A DNA stretch of 12,139 nucleotides from a virus (taxonomy: Duplodnaviria; Heunggongvirae; Uroviricota; Caudoviricetes). The notes beneath the pieces are model-generated. The model did not search any database. It worked only from the letters and a program-made list of their open reading frames with translations, and had not been told where the DNA came from. Shown piece by piece: positions 1-9,407 of the stretch. The translations under genes and the position numbers were made by a program. The stretch is taken from the IMG/VR virus record IMGVR_UViG_2541047682_000010; one strand, 5' to 3'. Numbering within the stretch: the first letter of the stretch is position 1; each line of letters starts with the position of its first letter.

Positions 1-213
1 TTTCCGGGGCGCATCATGCTGGCTAATACCTGCACCTGGACCTATCGCGGTGATGAGTGCGGTTATCACGGTCCGGCTGTCGCGGATGAATATGACCAGC
101 CGACGTCCGATATCACGAAGGATAAATGCAGCAAATGCCTGAGTGGTTGTAAGTTTCGCAATAACGTCGGCAACTTTGGCGGCTTCCTTTCCATTAACAA
201 ACTTTCGCAGTAA
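1..213 (+). CDS. L: Tail tip protein L, 3' partial (5' end lies upstream of the window)
   Basis: Frame is open from base 1 to TAA at 211-213. The translated C-terminus (CTWTYRGDECGYHGPAVADEYDQPTSDITKDKCSKCLSGC...) matches my recollection of lambda gpL, and the position directly upstream of K-I-J fits lambda gene order. Confidence 0.85.
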   Translation, partial: FPGRIMLANTCTWTYRGDECGYHGPAVADEYDQPTSDITKDKCSKCLSGCKFRNNVGNFGGFLSINKLSQ

Positions 214-217
214 TCCC

Positions 218-961
218 ATGACACAGACAGAATCAGCGATTCTGGCGCACGCCCGGCGATGTGCGCCAGCGGAGTCGTGCGGCTTCGTGGTGAGAACGCC
301 GGAGGGGGAAAGATATTTTCCCTGCGTGAATATCTCCGGTGAGCCGGAGGCGTATTTCCGGATGTCGCCGGAGGACTGGCTGCGGGCAGAGATGCAGGGT
401 GAGATTGTGGCGCTGGTCCACAGCCACCCCGGTGGTCTGCCCTGGCTGAGTGAGGCCGACCGGCGGCTGCAGGTGCAGAGTGATTTGCTGTGGTGGCTGG
501 TCTGCCGGGGTGAGATTCATAAATTCCGCTGTGTGCCGCATCTTACCGGGCGGCGCTTTGAGCACGGGGTGACGGACTGTTACACGCTGTTCCGGGATGC
601 TTATCATCTGGCGGGGATTGAGATGCCGGATTTTCATCGCGGGGATGACTGGTGGCGTCACGGTCAGAATCTCTATCTGGATAATCTGGAGGCCACAGGG
701 CTGTATCAGGTGCCGTTGTCAGCGGCGCAGCCGGGCGATGTGCTGCTGTGCTGTTTTGGTTCATCGGTGCCGAATCATGCCGCCATTTACTGTGGTGACG
801 GCGAGCTGCTGCACCATATTCCTGAACAACTGAGCAAACGAGAGAGGTATACCGACAAATGGCAGCGACGCACACACTCCCTCTGGCGTCACCGGGCATG
901 GCACGCATCTGCCTTTACGGGGATTTGCAACGATTTGGTCGCCGCATCGACCTTCGTGTGA
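218..961 (+). CDS. K: Tail tip assembly protein K, with an N-terminal JAB/MPN (JAMM) domain and a C-terminal NlpC/P60 domain
   Basis: ATG at 218 lies 4 nt after the L stop. A JAMM motif HSHPGGLPWLSEAD (HxHx7SxxD) and an NlpC/P60-like Cys/His pair (GVTDCYTLF ... NHAAIYCGDGELLHH) are visible in the translation. An in-frame ATG at 362, preceded by GGAGG, would give the 199-aa form I recall from the classical lambda annotation, so the start is uncertain. Confidence 0.8.
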   Translation: MTQTESAILAHARRCAPAESCGFVVRTPEGERYFPCVNISGEPEAYFRMSPEDWLRAEMQGEIVALVHSHPGGLPWLSEADRRLQVQSDLLWWLVCRGEIHKFRCVPHLTGRRFEHGVTDCYTLFRDAYHLAGIEMPDFHRGDDWWRHGQNLYLDNLEATGLYQVPLSAAQPGDVLLCCFGSSVPNHAAIYCGDGELLHHIPEQLSKRERYTDKWQRRTHSLWRHRAWHASAFTGICNDLVAASTFV

Positions 962-1506
962 AAACGGGGGCCGAAGCCATCCGGGCGCTGGCCACACAGC
1001 TCCCGGCGTTTCGTCAGAAACTGAATGACGGCTGGTATCAGGTGCGCATTGCCGGGCGTGATGCAGGTGAAACCGAATTATCTGCCCGTCTTAATGAGCC
1101 GCTGGCAAATGGTGCCGTGATCCATATCGTGCCGCGTCTGGCGGGAGCTAAAAGTGGCGGTGTATTTCAGGTGGTGCTGGGGGCGGCGTTGATTGCGGTG
1201 GCATGGTGGAACCCTGTGGGCTGGCTGGGTGCCGCGGCTGTATCGGGCATGTATGCGGCAGGGGCCAGTATGATCCTGGGCGGTGTGGCGCAGATGCTGG
1301 CACCGAAAGCCAGGACGTCCACGGCAGCCAGTACAGATAACGGCAAACAGAACACCTATTTTTCCTCACTGGATAACATGGTTGCTCAGGGCAATGTTCT
1401 GCCTGTTCTGTACGGTGAAATGCGTGTGGGGTCGCGGGTGGTTTCTCAGGAGATCAGCACGGCAGACGAAGGGGATGGTGGTCAGGTTGTGGTGATTGGT
1501 CGCTGA
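859..1506 (+). CDS. I: Tail assembly protein I, ubiquitin-like (beta-grasp) N-terminal domain followed by a Gly/Ala-rich hydrophobic C-terminal region
   Basis: Translation begins MAATHTLPLASPGMARICLYGDLQRFGRRIDLRVKTGAEAIRALATQLPAF, which matches lambda gpI as I recall it. It overlaps the 3' end of K by 103 nt in a different frame. A ubiquitin-like tail IHIVPRLAGAKSGG is present. Confidence 0.9.
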   Translation: MAATHTLPLASPGMARICLYGDLQRFGRRIDLRVKTGAEAIRALATQLPAFRQKLNDGWYQVRIAGRDAGETELSARLNEPLANGAVIHIVPRLAGAKSGGVFQVVLGAALIAVAWWNPVGWLGAAAVSGMYAAGASMILGGVAQMLAPKARTSTAASTDNGKQNTYFSSLDNMVAQGNVLPVLYGEMRVGSRVVSQEISTADEGDGGQVVVIGR

Positions 1507-1525
1507 TGCAAAATGTTTTATGTGA

Positions 1526-1545
1526 AACCGCCTGCGGGCGGTTTT
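1526..1545 (+). other. Intergenic stem-loop between I and J (8-bp stem AAACCGCC/GGCGGTTT, 4-nt loop), followed by a U-rich stretch
   Basis: Perfect inverted repeat read directly from the sequence. It sits 20 nt after the I stop and 22 nt before the J start. Function unknown; possibly an mRNA structural element or a weak terminator. Confidence 0.3.
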
Positions 1546-1566
1546 GTCGTTTATGGAGCATGACGA

Positions 1567-4500
1567 ATGGGTAAAGGCAGCAGTAAGGGGCATACCCCGC
1601 GCGAAGCGAAGGACAACCTGAAATCCACGCAGTTACTGAGTGTGATCGATGCCATCAGCGAAGGACCGATAGAAGGTCCGGTGGATGGATTAAAAAGCGT
1701 GCTGCTGAACAGTACGCCGGTGCTGGACAGTGAAGGGAATACCAACATCGCCGGTGTCACGGTGGTGTTCCGGGCAGGTGAGCAGGAGCAGACACCGCCG
1801 GAGGGATTTGAATCCTCCGGATCCGAGACGGTGCTGGGTACGGAAGTGAAATATGACACGCCGATCACCCGCACCATCACGTCGGCAAACATCGACCGTC
1901 TGCGCTTTACCTTCGGTGTGCAGGCACTGGTGGAAACCACCTCAAAGGGGGACAGGAATCCATCGGAAGTCCGCCTGCTGGTTCAGATACAACGTAACGG
2001 TGGCTGGGTGACGGAAAAAGACATCACCATTAAGGGCAAAACCACGTCGCAGTATCTGGCCTCGGTGGTGGTGGATAACCTGCCGCCGCGCCCGTTTAAT
2101 ATCCGGATGCGCAGGATGACGCCGGACAGCACCACAGACCAGCTGCAGAACAAAACGCTCTGGTCGTCATACACCGAAATCATCGATGTGAAACAGTGCT
2201 ACCCGAACACGGCACTGGTCGGCGTGCAGGTGGACTCGGAACAGTTCGGCAGCCAGCAGGTGAGTCGTAATTATCATCTTCGCGGGCGCATTCTGCAGGT
2301 GCCGTCGAACTATAACCCGCAGAGGCGGCAATACAGCGGTATCTGGGACGGAACGTTTAAACCGGCATACAGCAACAACATGGCATGGTGTCTGTGGGAT
2401 ATGCTGACCCATCCGCGCTACGGCATGGGGAAACGTCTTGGTGCGGCGGATGTGGACAAATGGGCGCTGTATGTCATCGGACAGTATTGCGACCAGTCGG
2501 TGCCGGATGGTTTTGGTGGCACGGAGCCGCGCATCACCTGTAATGCGTACCTGACCACACAGCGCAAGGCGTGGGATGTGCTCAGTGATTTCTGCTCGGC
2601 GATGCGCTGTATGCCGGTATGGAACGGGCAGACGCTGACGTTCGTGCAGGACCGACCGTCGGATAAGGTGTGGACCTATAACCGCAGTAATGTGGTGATG
2701 CCGGATGATGGCGCGCCGTTCCGCTACAGCTTCAGCGCCCTGAAGGACCGCCATAATGCCGTTGAGGTGAACTGGATTGACCCGGATAACGGCTGGGAGA
2801 CGGCGACAGAGCTTGTTGAAGATACGCAGGCCATTCTCCGTTACGGTCGTAACGTCACGAAGATGGATGCCTTTGGCTGTACCAGTCGGGGGCAGGCACA
2901 CCGCGCCGGGCTGTGGCTGATTAAAACGGAGCTGCTGGAAACGCAGACCGTGGACTTCAGCGTGGGTGCTGAAGGGCTTCGCCATGTACCGGGCGATGTC
3001 ATTGAAATCTGCGATGATGACTATGCCGGTATCAGCACCGGCGGGCGAGTGCTGGCGGTGAACAGCCAGACCCGGACGCTGACGCTCGACCGTGAAATCA
3101 CGCTGCCATCCTCCGGTACCACGCTGATAAGCCTGGTTGACGGAAGTGGCAATCCGGTCAGCGTGGAGGTTCAGTCCGTCACCGACGGCGTGAAGGTAAA
3201 AGTGAGCCGTGTTCCTGACGGTGTTGCTGAATACAGCGTATGGGGGCTGAAGCTGCCGACGCTGCGCCAGCGACTGTTCCGCTGCGTGAGTATCCGTGAG
3301 AACGACGACGGCACGTATGCCATCACCGCCGTGCAGCATGTGCCGGAAAAAGAGGCCATCGTGGATAACGGAGCGCACTTTGACGGCGACCAGAGCGGCA
3401 CGGTGAATGGTGTCACGCCGCCAGCGGTGCAGCACCTGACCGCCGAAGTCACCGCAGACAGCGGGGAATATCAGGTGCTGGCGCGCTGGGACACGCCGAA
3501 GGTGGTGAAGGGCGTGAGCTTCCTGCTCCGTCTGACCGTAACAGCGGATGACGGCAGTGAGCGGCTGGTCAGCACGGCCCGGACGGCGGAAACCACTTAC
3601 CGCTTCAGGCAGCTGGCGCTGGGGCGTTACACGCTGACGGTCCGGGCGGTAAATGCCCGGGGACAGCAGGGCGATCCGGCGTCGGTATCGTTCCGGATTG
3701 CCGCACCGGCAGCGCCGTCTCGGATTGAGCTGACACCGGGCTATTTTCAGATAACCGCCACGCCACATCTTGCGGTTTATGACCCGACGGTACAGTTTGA
3801 GTTCTGGTTCTCGGAAAAACGGATTGCGGATATCAGGCAGGTTGAAACCACAGCCCGCTATCTTGGCACGGCGCTGTACTGGATAGCTGCCAGTATCAAT
3901 ATCAGGCCGGGCCATGATTATTATTTTTACGTTCGCAGTGTGAACACCGTTGGCAAATCGGCATTCGTGGAGGCTGTTGGTCGGGCGAGCGATGATGCGG
4001 AAGGTTACCTGGATTTTTTCAAAGGCCAGATAACCGAATCCCATCTTGGCAAGGAGCTGCTGGAAAAAGTCGAGCTGACGGAGGATAACGCCAGCAAACT
4101 GGAGGAGTTTTCGAAAGAGTGGAAGGACGCCAGTGATAAGTGGAATGCCATGTGGGGCGTCAAAATTGAGCAGACCAAAGACGGCAAACATTATGTCGCG
4201 GGTATTGGCCTCAGCATGGAGGACACGGAGGAAGGCAAACTGAGCCAGTTCCTGGTTGCCGCTAACCGTATCGCGTTTATTGATCCGTCTAATGGCAACA
4301 CAAGACCAATGTTTGTTGGTCAGGGCGATCAGATATTCATGAACGACGTGTTCCTGAAACGCCTGACGGCTCCGACCATTACCAGCGGCGGTAATCCTCC
4401 GGCATTTTCCCTGACACCGGATGGGCGGCTGACGGCGAAAAATGCCGATATCAGCGGTAACGTGAATGCGAACTCCGGGACGCTCAACAACGTCACGATT

Positions 4501-4962
4501 AACGAGAACTGTCGGGTTCTGGGAAAACTGTCCGCGAACCAGATTGAAGGCGATCTCGTTAAAACAGTGGGCAAAGCTTTCCCCCGGGACTCCCGTGCAC
4601 CGGAACGGTGGCCATCAGGGACCATTACCGTCAGGGTTTATGACGATCAGCCGTTTGACCGGCAGATTGTTATTCCTGCGGTGGCATTCAGCGGCGCTAA
4701 ACATGAGAGAGAGCATACTGATATTTACTCCTCATGCCGTCTGATAGTGCGGAAAAACGGTGCTGAAATTTATAACCGTACCGCGCTGGATAATACGCTG
4801 ATTTACAGTGGCGTTATTGATATGCCTGCCGGTCACGGTCACATGACGCTGGAGTTTTCGGTGTCAGCATGGCTGGTAAATGACTGGTATCCCACAGCAA
4901 GTATCAGCGATTTGCTGGTTGTGGTGATGAAGAAAGCCACCGCAGGCATCAGTATCAGCTGA
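1567..4962 (+). CDS. J: Central tail fibre / host specificity protein J (1131 aa)
   Basis: Single long ORF with GGAG 8 nt upstream of the ATG. The N-terminus [54 protein letters not shown] matches my recollection of lambda gpJ, and the length is close to lambda J (1132 aa). Confidence 0.95.
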   Translation: MGKGSSKGHTPREAKDNLKSTQLLSVIDAISEGPIEGPVDGLKSVLLNSTPVLDSEGNTNIAGVTVVFRAGEQEQTPPEGFESSGSETVLGTEVKYDTPITRTITSANIDRLRFTFGVQALVETTSKGDRNPSEVRLLVQIQRNGGWVTEKDITIKGKTTSQYLASVVVDNLPPRPFNIRMRRMTPDSTTDQLQNKTLWSSYTEIIDVKQCYPNTALVGVQVDSEQFGSQQVSRNYHLRGRILQVPSNYNPQRRQYSGIWDGTFKPAYSNNMAWCLWDMLTHPRYGMGKRLGAADVDKWALYVIGQYCDQSVPDGFGGTEPRITCNAYLTTQRKAWDVLSDFCSAMRCMPVWNGQTLTFVQDRPSDKVWTYNRSNVVMPDDGAPFRYSFSALKDRHNAVEVNWIDPDNGWETATELVEDTQAILRYGRNVTKMDAFGCTSRGQAHRAGLWLIKTELLETQTVDFSVGAEGLRHVPGDVIEICDDDYAGISTGGRVLAVNSQTRTLTLDREITLPSSGTTLISLVDGSGNPVSVEVQSVTDGVKVKVSRVPDGVAEYSVWGLKLPTLRQRLFRCVSIRENDDGTYAITAVQHVPEKEAIVDNGAHFDGDQSGTVNGVTPPAVQHLTAEVTADSGEYQVLARWDTPKVVKGVSFLLRLTVTADDGSERLVSTARTAETTYRFRQLALGRYTLTVRAVNARGQQGDPASVSFRIAAPAAPSRIELTPGYFQITATPHLAVYDPTVQFEFWFSEKRIADIRQVETTARYLGTALYWIAASINIRPGHDYYFYVRSVNTVGKSAFVEAVGRASDDAEGYLDFFKGQITESHLGKELLEKVELTEDNASKLEEFSKEWKDASDKWNAMWGVKIEQTKDGKHYVAGIGLSMEDTEEGKLSQFLVAANRIAFIDPSNGNTRPMFVGQGDQIFMNDVFLKRLTAPTITSGGNPPAFSLTPDGRLTAKNADISGNVNANSGTLNNVTINENCRVLGKLSANQIEGDLVKTVGKAFPRDSRAPERWPSGTITVRVYDDQPFDRQIVIPAVAFSGAKHEREHTDIYSSCRLIVRKNGAEIYNRTALDNTLIYSGVIDMPAGHGHMTLEFSVSAWLVNDWYPTASISDLLVVVMKKATAGISIS

Positions 4963-4981
4963 ATTTTATAACCCATATACG

Positions 4982-5008
4982 GGCGCCAGAATTGGCGCCT
5001 TTTTTATT
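4982..5008 (+). terminator. Rho-independent terminator after J (7-bp stem GGCGCCA/TGGCGCC, loop GAAT, then TTTTTTATT)
   Basis: Perfect hairpin followed by a T-run, 20 nt after the J stop. Confidence 0.65.
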
Positions 5009-5029
5009 GCAGAAAAGCGAGAGGTAATT

Positions 5030-5629
5030 ATGCGTAAAGTTTGTGCAGCCATTTTGTCCGCAGCCATTTGTCTGGCCGTATCCGGTGCGCCTGCATGGGC
5101 GTCTGAACATCAGTCCACGCTGAGCGCGGGGTATCTTCATGCCTCGACGAACGTCCCCGGCAGTGATGATCTGAACGGGATTAACGTGAAATACCGTTAT
5201 GAGTTTACGGACACACTGGGGCTGGTGACGTCATTCAGCTATGCAGGAGACAAGAATCGCCAGCTGACCCGTTACAGCGATACCCGCTGGCATGAAGATT
5301 CCGTTCGTAACCGCTGGTTCAGCGTAATGGCGGGGCCGTCTGTGCGCGTGAATGAATGGTTCAGCGCGTATGCGATGGCGGGTGTGGCTTACAGCCGTGT
5401 GTCGACTTTCTCCGGGGATTATCTTCGCGTAACTGACAACAAGGGGAAAAAGCACGATGTGCTGACCGGAAGTGATGACGGTCGCCACAGCAACACGTCT
5501 CTGGCGTGGGGGGCTGGCGTGCAGTTTAACCCGACCGAATCCGTGGCCATTGATATTGCTTATGAAGGCTCCGGCAGTGGCGACTGGCGCACTGACGGTT
5601 TCATCGTGGGTGTCGGTTATAAGTTCTGA
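5030..5629 (+). CDS. lom: Lom, Ail/Lom-family outer-membrane beta-barrel protein (lysogenic-conversion moron)
   Basis: 199-aa ORF with an N-terminal signal peptide (MRKVCAAILSAAICLAVSGAPAWA) and a C-terminal aromatic residue (ends GVGYKF), typical of OM beta-barrels. It sits after J as in lambda, with GAGAGG 6 nt upstream of the ATG. Confidence 0.9.
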   Translation: MRKVCAAILSAAICLAVSGAPAWASEHQSTLSAGYLHASTNVPGSDDLNGINVKYRYEFTDTLGLVTSFSYAGDKNRQLTRYSDTRWHEDSVRNRWFSVMAGPSVRVNEWFSAYAMAGVAYSRVSTFSGDYLRVTDNKGKKHDVLTGSDDGRHSNTSLAWGAGVQFNPTESVAIDIAYEGSGSGDWRTDGFIVGVGYKF

Positions 5630-5655
5630 TTAGCCAGGTAACACAGTGTTATGAC

Positions 5656-5682
5656 AGCCCGCCGGTTCAGGCGGGCTTTTTT
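5656..5682 (+). terminator. Rho-independent terminator after lom (8-bp stem AGCCCGCC/GGCGGGCT, loop GGTTCA, then TTTTTT)
   Basis: Perfect hairpin and T6 tract read from the sequence, 27 nt after the lom stop. Confidence 0.7.
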
Positions 5683-6242
5683 GTGGAGTGGATATGGCAG
5701 CAGTAAAAATCTCAGGTGTGCTGAAAGATGGTGCGGGAAAACCAATACAGAACTGCACTATTCAACTGAAGGCAAAGCGTAACAGCACCACGGTACTGGT
5801 GAACACGGTGGCCTCTGAAAATCCGGATGAAGCCGGGCGTTACAGCATGGATGTTGAGTATGGTCAGTACAGCGTCACCCTGCTGGTTGAAGGTTTTCCG
5901 CCTTCACATGCCGGGACCATTACCGTCTATGAAGGTTCCAGACCAGGTACGCTGAATGATTTTCTCGGTGCCATGACGGAAGATGATGTCATGCCGGAGG
6001 CATTGCGTCGTTTTGAGGCAATGGTGGAAGAAGCGGCACGCAACGCCGAAGCCGCCTCTCAGAGCGCAGCAGCGGCAAAGAAATCCGAAACTGCAGCGGC
6101 ATCATCGAAGAACGCGGCGAAAACCTCAGAAACAAATGCAGCTAACAGCGCACAGGCGGCAGCGTCCTCGCAGACTGCATCGGCAAACTCCGCGACAGCA
6201 GCCAAAAAATCAGAAACCAACGCGAAAAATAGCGAGACAGCC

Positions 6243-6382
6243 GCAAAGACGAGCGAAACCAACGCAAAGTCCAGCCAGACGGCAGCGAAAACAAGCGAAA
6301 CGAATGCCAAAGCCAGTGAAACTGCGGCAAAAAACAGCCAGGTTGCAGCAGCCCAAAGCGAGAGCGCGGCAGCCGGTTCTGC
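6243..6382 (+). repeat. Direct repeat copy 1 (about 140 bp) inside the stf shaft coding region
   Basis: Near-identical to 6432-6571, offset 189 bp (63 codons). Encodes AKTSETNAKSSQTAAKTSETNAKASETAAKNSQ.AAAQSESAAAGS. Confidence 0.75.
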
Positions 6383-6431
6383 GACTTCAGCAGCTGGATC
6401 AGCAACTGCTGCGGCTAACAGCCAGAAAGCT

Positions 6432-6571
6432 GCGAAGACGAGTGAAACTAACGCAAAGTCCAGCCAGACGGCAGCGAAGACCAGCGAAACGAATGCCAAA
6501 GCCAGCGAAACTGCGGCGAAAAACAGTCAGGATGCAGCAGCCCAAAGCGAGAGTGCTGCAGCTGGTTCTGC
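6432..6571 (+). repeat. Direct repeat copy 2 (about 140 bp) inside the stf shaft coding region
   Basis: Near-identical to 6243-6382; same reading frame and same peptide repeat. Confidence 0.75.
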
Positions 6572-7227
6572 AAGCGCGGCGGCTGCTTCTGCCACTGCAT
6601 CAGCCAACAGTCAAAAAGCAGCAAAAACCAGTGAAACCAATGCAAAGACAAGCGAGACTGCAGCGGCGAACTCGGCGAAAGCATCCGCTGCAAGCCAGAC
6701 CGCTGCAAAAGCAAGTGAAGACGCAGCCAGAGAGTATGCAAGCCAGGCAGCAGATCCGTATAAATATGTCTTACAGCCGCTGCCTGATGTGTGGATACCG
6801 TTTAACGATTCACTGGATATGATTACGGGCTTTTTGCCATCATATAAAAAGATTGTTATTGGTGACGACGAAATAACGATGCCTGGCGACAAGATTGTTA
6901 AGTTTAAACGTGCATCGAAAGCAACCTATATTAACAAATCTGGTGTGCTGACAGAGGCTGCCATTGATGAGCCACGATTTGAACGTGATGGCCTGCTTAT
7001 TGAGGGGCAAAGAACTAATCTTCTGCTTAATTCAACAAATCCATCTAAATGGAATAAGTCAGGCAATCTGGAACTCACAGAAATATCCACGGATTCTTTT
7101 AATTTTACTTATGGGAGATTTACTGTAAAAGATACTCTTATTGGTCAGACAAGTGCTATTAATATCGTAACGATTTCTGGCAGTAAAGGGTTTGATGTCA
7201 CAGGTGATGAAAAATATGTGACCATTT

Positions 7228-7232
7228 CATGC
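7228..7232. repeat. IS2 target-site duplication, left copy (CATGC)
   Basis: Identical 5-mer immediately flanks both IS2 termini. IS2 is known to make 5-bp duplications. Confidence 0.85.
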
Positions 7233-7243
7233 TGGATTTGCCC

Positions 7244-8149
7244 CTATATTTCCAGACACCTGTTATCACTTAACCCATTACTGGCTTGCTGCCGCAGATA
7301 TTCCCGTGGCGAGCGATAACCCAGTGCACTATGCGGATGCCATTCGTTATAATGCTCGAACGCCTCTGCAAGGTTCTTTGCTGCCGTTAACCCGTCTGGT
7401 TTGGGCATGACACTGATGTAGTCACGCTTTATCGTTTTCACGAAGCTCTCTGCTATGCCGTTACTCTCCGGACTCCGCACCGCCGTGCTCTTCGGTTCAA
7501 GCCCCAACATCCGGGCAAACTGCCGTGTTTCATTAGCCCGGTAGCATGAACCATTATCCGTCAGCCACTCTACTGGAGACGCCGGAAGCTCGTTGCCGAA
7601 GCGGCGTTCCACCGCTCCCAGCATGACGTCCTGTACTGTTTCACTGTTGAAGCCGCCCGTAGTGACCGCCCAGTGCAGTGCCTCACGGTCACAGCAGTCC
7701 AGCGCGAACGTGACTCGCAGTTTTTCTCCGTTATCACAGCGGAACTCGAACCCGTCAGAGCACCATCGCTGATTACTTTCTTTCACAGCCACTCTGCCTG
7801 TATGTGCCCGTTTCGATGGCGGTACAGCAGGTTTTCGCTCAAGCAACAGCGCATTCTGGCGCATGATCCGGTAAACACGTTTGGCATTGATCGCAGGCAT
7901 ACCATCAAGTTCTGCCTGTCTGCGAAGCAGCGCCCATACCCGACGATAACCATACGTGGGCAGCTCTCCGATAACATGGTGTATACGGAGAAGCACATCC
8001 GTATCATCAGTGTGACGACTGCGGCGGCCATCCATCCAGTCATCGGTTCGTCTGAGAATGACGTGCAACTGCGCACGCGACACCCGGAGACAACGGCTGA
8101 CTAAGCTTACTCCCCATCCCCGGGCAATAAGGGCGCGTGCGCTATCCAC
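7244..8149 (-). CDS. insD: IS2 transposase OrfB (InsD; DDE integrase-like catalytic domain), 301 aa
   Basis: Translation [23 protein letters not shown]...[12 protein letters not shown] is recognised as IS2 InsD. It overlaps insC by 43 nt, where an A6G slippery run (CAAAAAAG on the - strand, about 8149-8156) is the known site of programmed -1 frameshifting that produces the OrfAB transposase. Confidence 0.9.
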
Positions 8150-8472
8150 TTTTTTGCCCGTCCATATTCAACGGCTTCTTTGAGGAGTTCATTTTCCATC
8201 GTTTTCTTGCCGAGCAGGCGCTGGAGTTCTTTAATCTGCTTCATGGCGGCAGCAAGTTCAGAGGCAGGAACAACCTGTTCTCCGGCGGCGACAGCAGTAA
8301 GACTTCCTTCCTGGTATTGCTTACGCCAGAGAAATAACTGGCTGGCTGCCACACCGTGTTGCCGGGCAACGAGGGAGACCGTCATCCCTGGTTCAAAGCT
8401 CTGCTGAACAATTGCGATCTTTTCCTGTGTGGTACGCCGTCTGCGTTTCTCCGGTCCTAAGACATCAATCAT
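8107..8472 (-). CDS. insC: IS2 OrfA (InsC; helix-turn-helix regulator and transposase N-terminal part), 121 aa
   Basis: Translation [56 protein letters not shown]... is recognised as IS2 InsC. The ORF track gives an extended 136-aa frame from 8517; the canonical start is the internal Met. Confidence 0.9.
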
Positions 8473-8563
8473 CTGCTCTCCAATGACTAGTCTAAAAACT
8501 AGTATTAAGACTATCACTTAAATAAGTGATATTGGTTGTCTGGAGATTCAGGGGGCCAGTCTA

Positions 8564-8568
8564 CATGC
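8564..8568. repeat. IS2 target-site duplication, right copy (CATGC)
   Basis: Identical to 7228-7232. Confidence 0.85.
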
Positions 8569-9407
8569 CGTGTAAGAAGTGATGTTGAAAATATAAGGTG
8601 TCGTTTAAGATTTGAACACCATGATGGTTATACTTACACTTTTTTGGGAGATGCTTACCTCAATTTATCAACACTTGTAATTGATAAAACTGGTACTGCT
8701 GCAGACCGTATTATTGCAAAGGCTGTAAAAGATGAGGTTACTGGTTGGATTTTCTATCAGGCTACAATTAATGCACTAGATACAGAGAGCATGATTGGTG
8801 CGATGGTTCAATACGCTCCTGTAAAAGGTTCAGGTACAGCATCTGGAGACTATCTGGATATCGCAACTCCACAAGTGGAAGGTGGATCAAGTGCTTCGTC
8901 ATTTATTGTAACTGATATAACTGCAAGCACTCGCGCAAGCGATATGGTGACAGTCCCAATCAAGAATAACCTTTATAATCTTCCTTTTACGGTTCTTTGT
9001 GAGGTACATAAGAACTGGTATAAAACGCCAAATGCAGCACCGCGTGTTTTTGATACCGGCGGTCATCAAACCGGAGCGGCTATTATTCTTGGCTTCGGTC
9101 GTTCAACAGATTACGACGGATTTCCTTATTGTGATATAGGTTTGGCTAACAGACGGGTAAACGAAAACGCATCGCTTGAAAAAATGGTTATGGGGATGCG
9201 TGTAAAGTCAGATCAGTCTACGTGCTCAGTAAGTAACGGGCGTATATCCAGCGAAAAGAAAGCCACATGGTCCTATATTCAGAACTCCGCAATTATCCGT
9301 ATTGGAGGCCAGACTACAGCCGGGTTGCGTCATTTATTTGGTCATGTCAGGAATTTCAGAATATGGCACAAGGCATTGACTGATGCTCAGATGGGGGAGT
9401 CAATCTA

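Larger units (their letters stand above)
7233..8563 (-). mobile_element. IS2 insertion sequence (IS3 family), complete, 1331 bp
   Basis: Termini TGGATTTGCCCCTATATTTCCAGACA (at 7233) and TAGACTGGCCCCCTGAATCTCCAGACA (reverse complement, ending at 8563) form imperfect inverted repeats. It encodes InsC and InsD on the - strand, and the length matches IS2. Confidence 0.95.

Noticed and set aside
143-217. Upstream extension of the K ORF to the GTG at 143
   Set aside because: It would overlap the end of L by 71 nt. The ATG at 218 directly follows the L stop and begins the recognisable K sequence MTQTES.
2167-4191. 674-aa ORF on the - strand, antisense to J
   Set aside because: It lies entirely within the well-supported J gene. 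It is Arg/Pro-rich, as expected for the antisense frame of GC-rich coding DNA, and nothing supports it as a gene.
6060-6720. Possible CRISPR-like repeat array
   Set aside because: The repeats are in-frame coding repeats inside stf, imperfect, and lack the regular repeat-spacer structure of a CRISPR array.
5983-6822. 279-aa Arg/Gln-rich + strand ORF, and - strand ORFs 6059-6499, 6142-6405, 6448-6741 and 6611-6892
   Set aside because: All are alternative-frame or antisense readings of the Ala/Ser/Thr-rich repeat region of stf. The low-complexity repeats suppress stop codons in every frame.
7673-8104. 143-aa + strand ORF, plus the 7783-8076 - strand ORF, inside IS2
   Set aside because: Antisense or alternative frame within the IS2 insD coding region. 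IS2 is known to encode only OrfA and OrfB.
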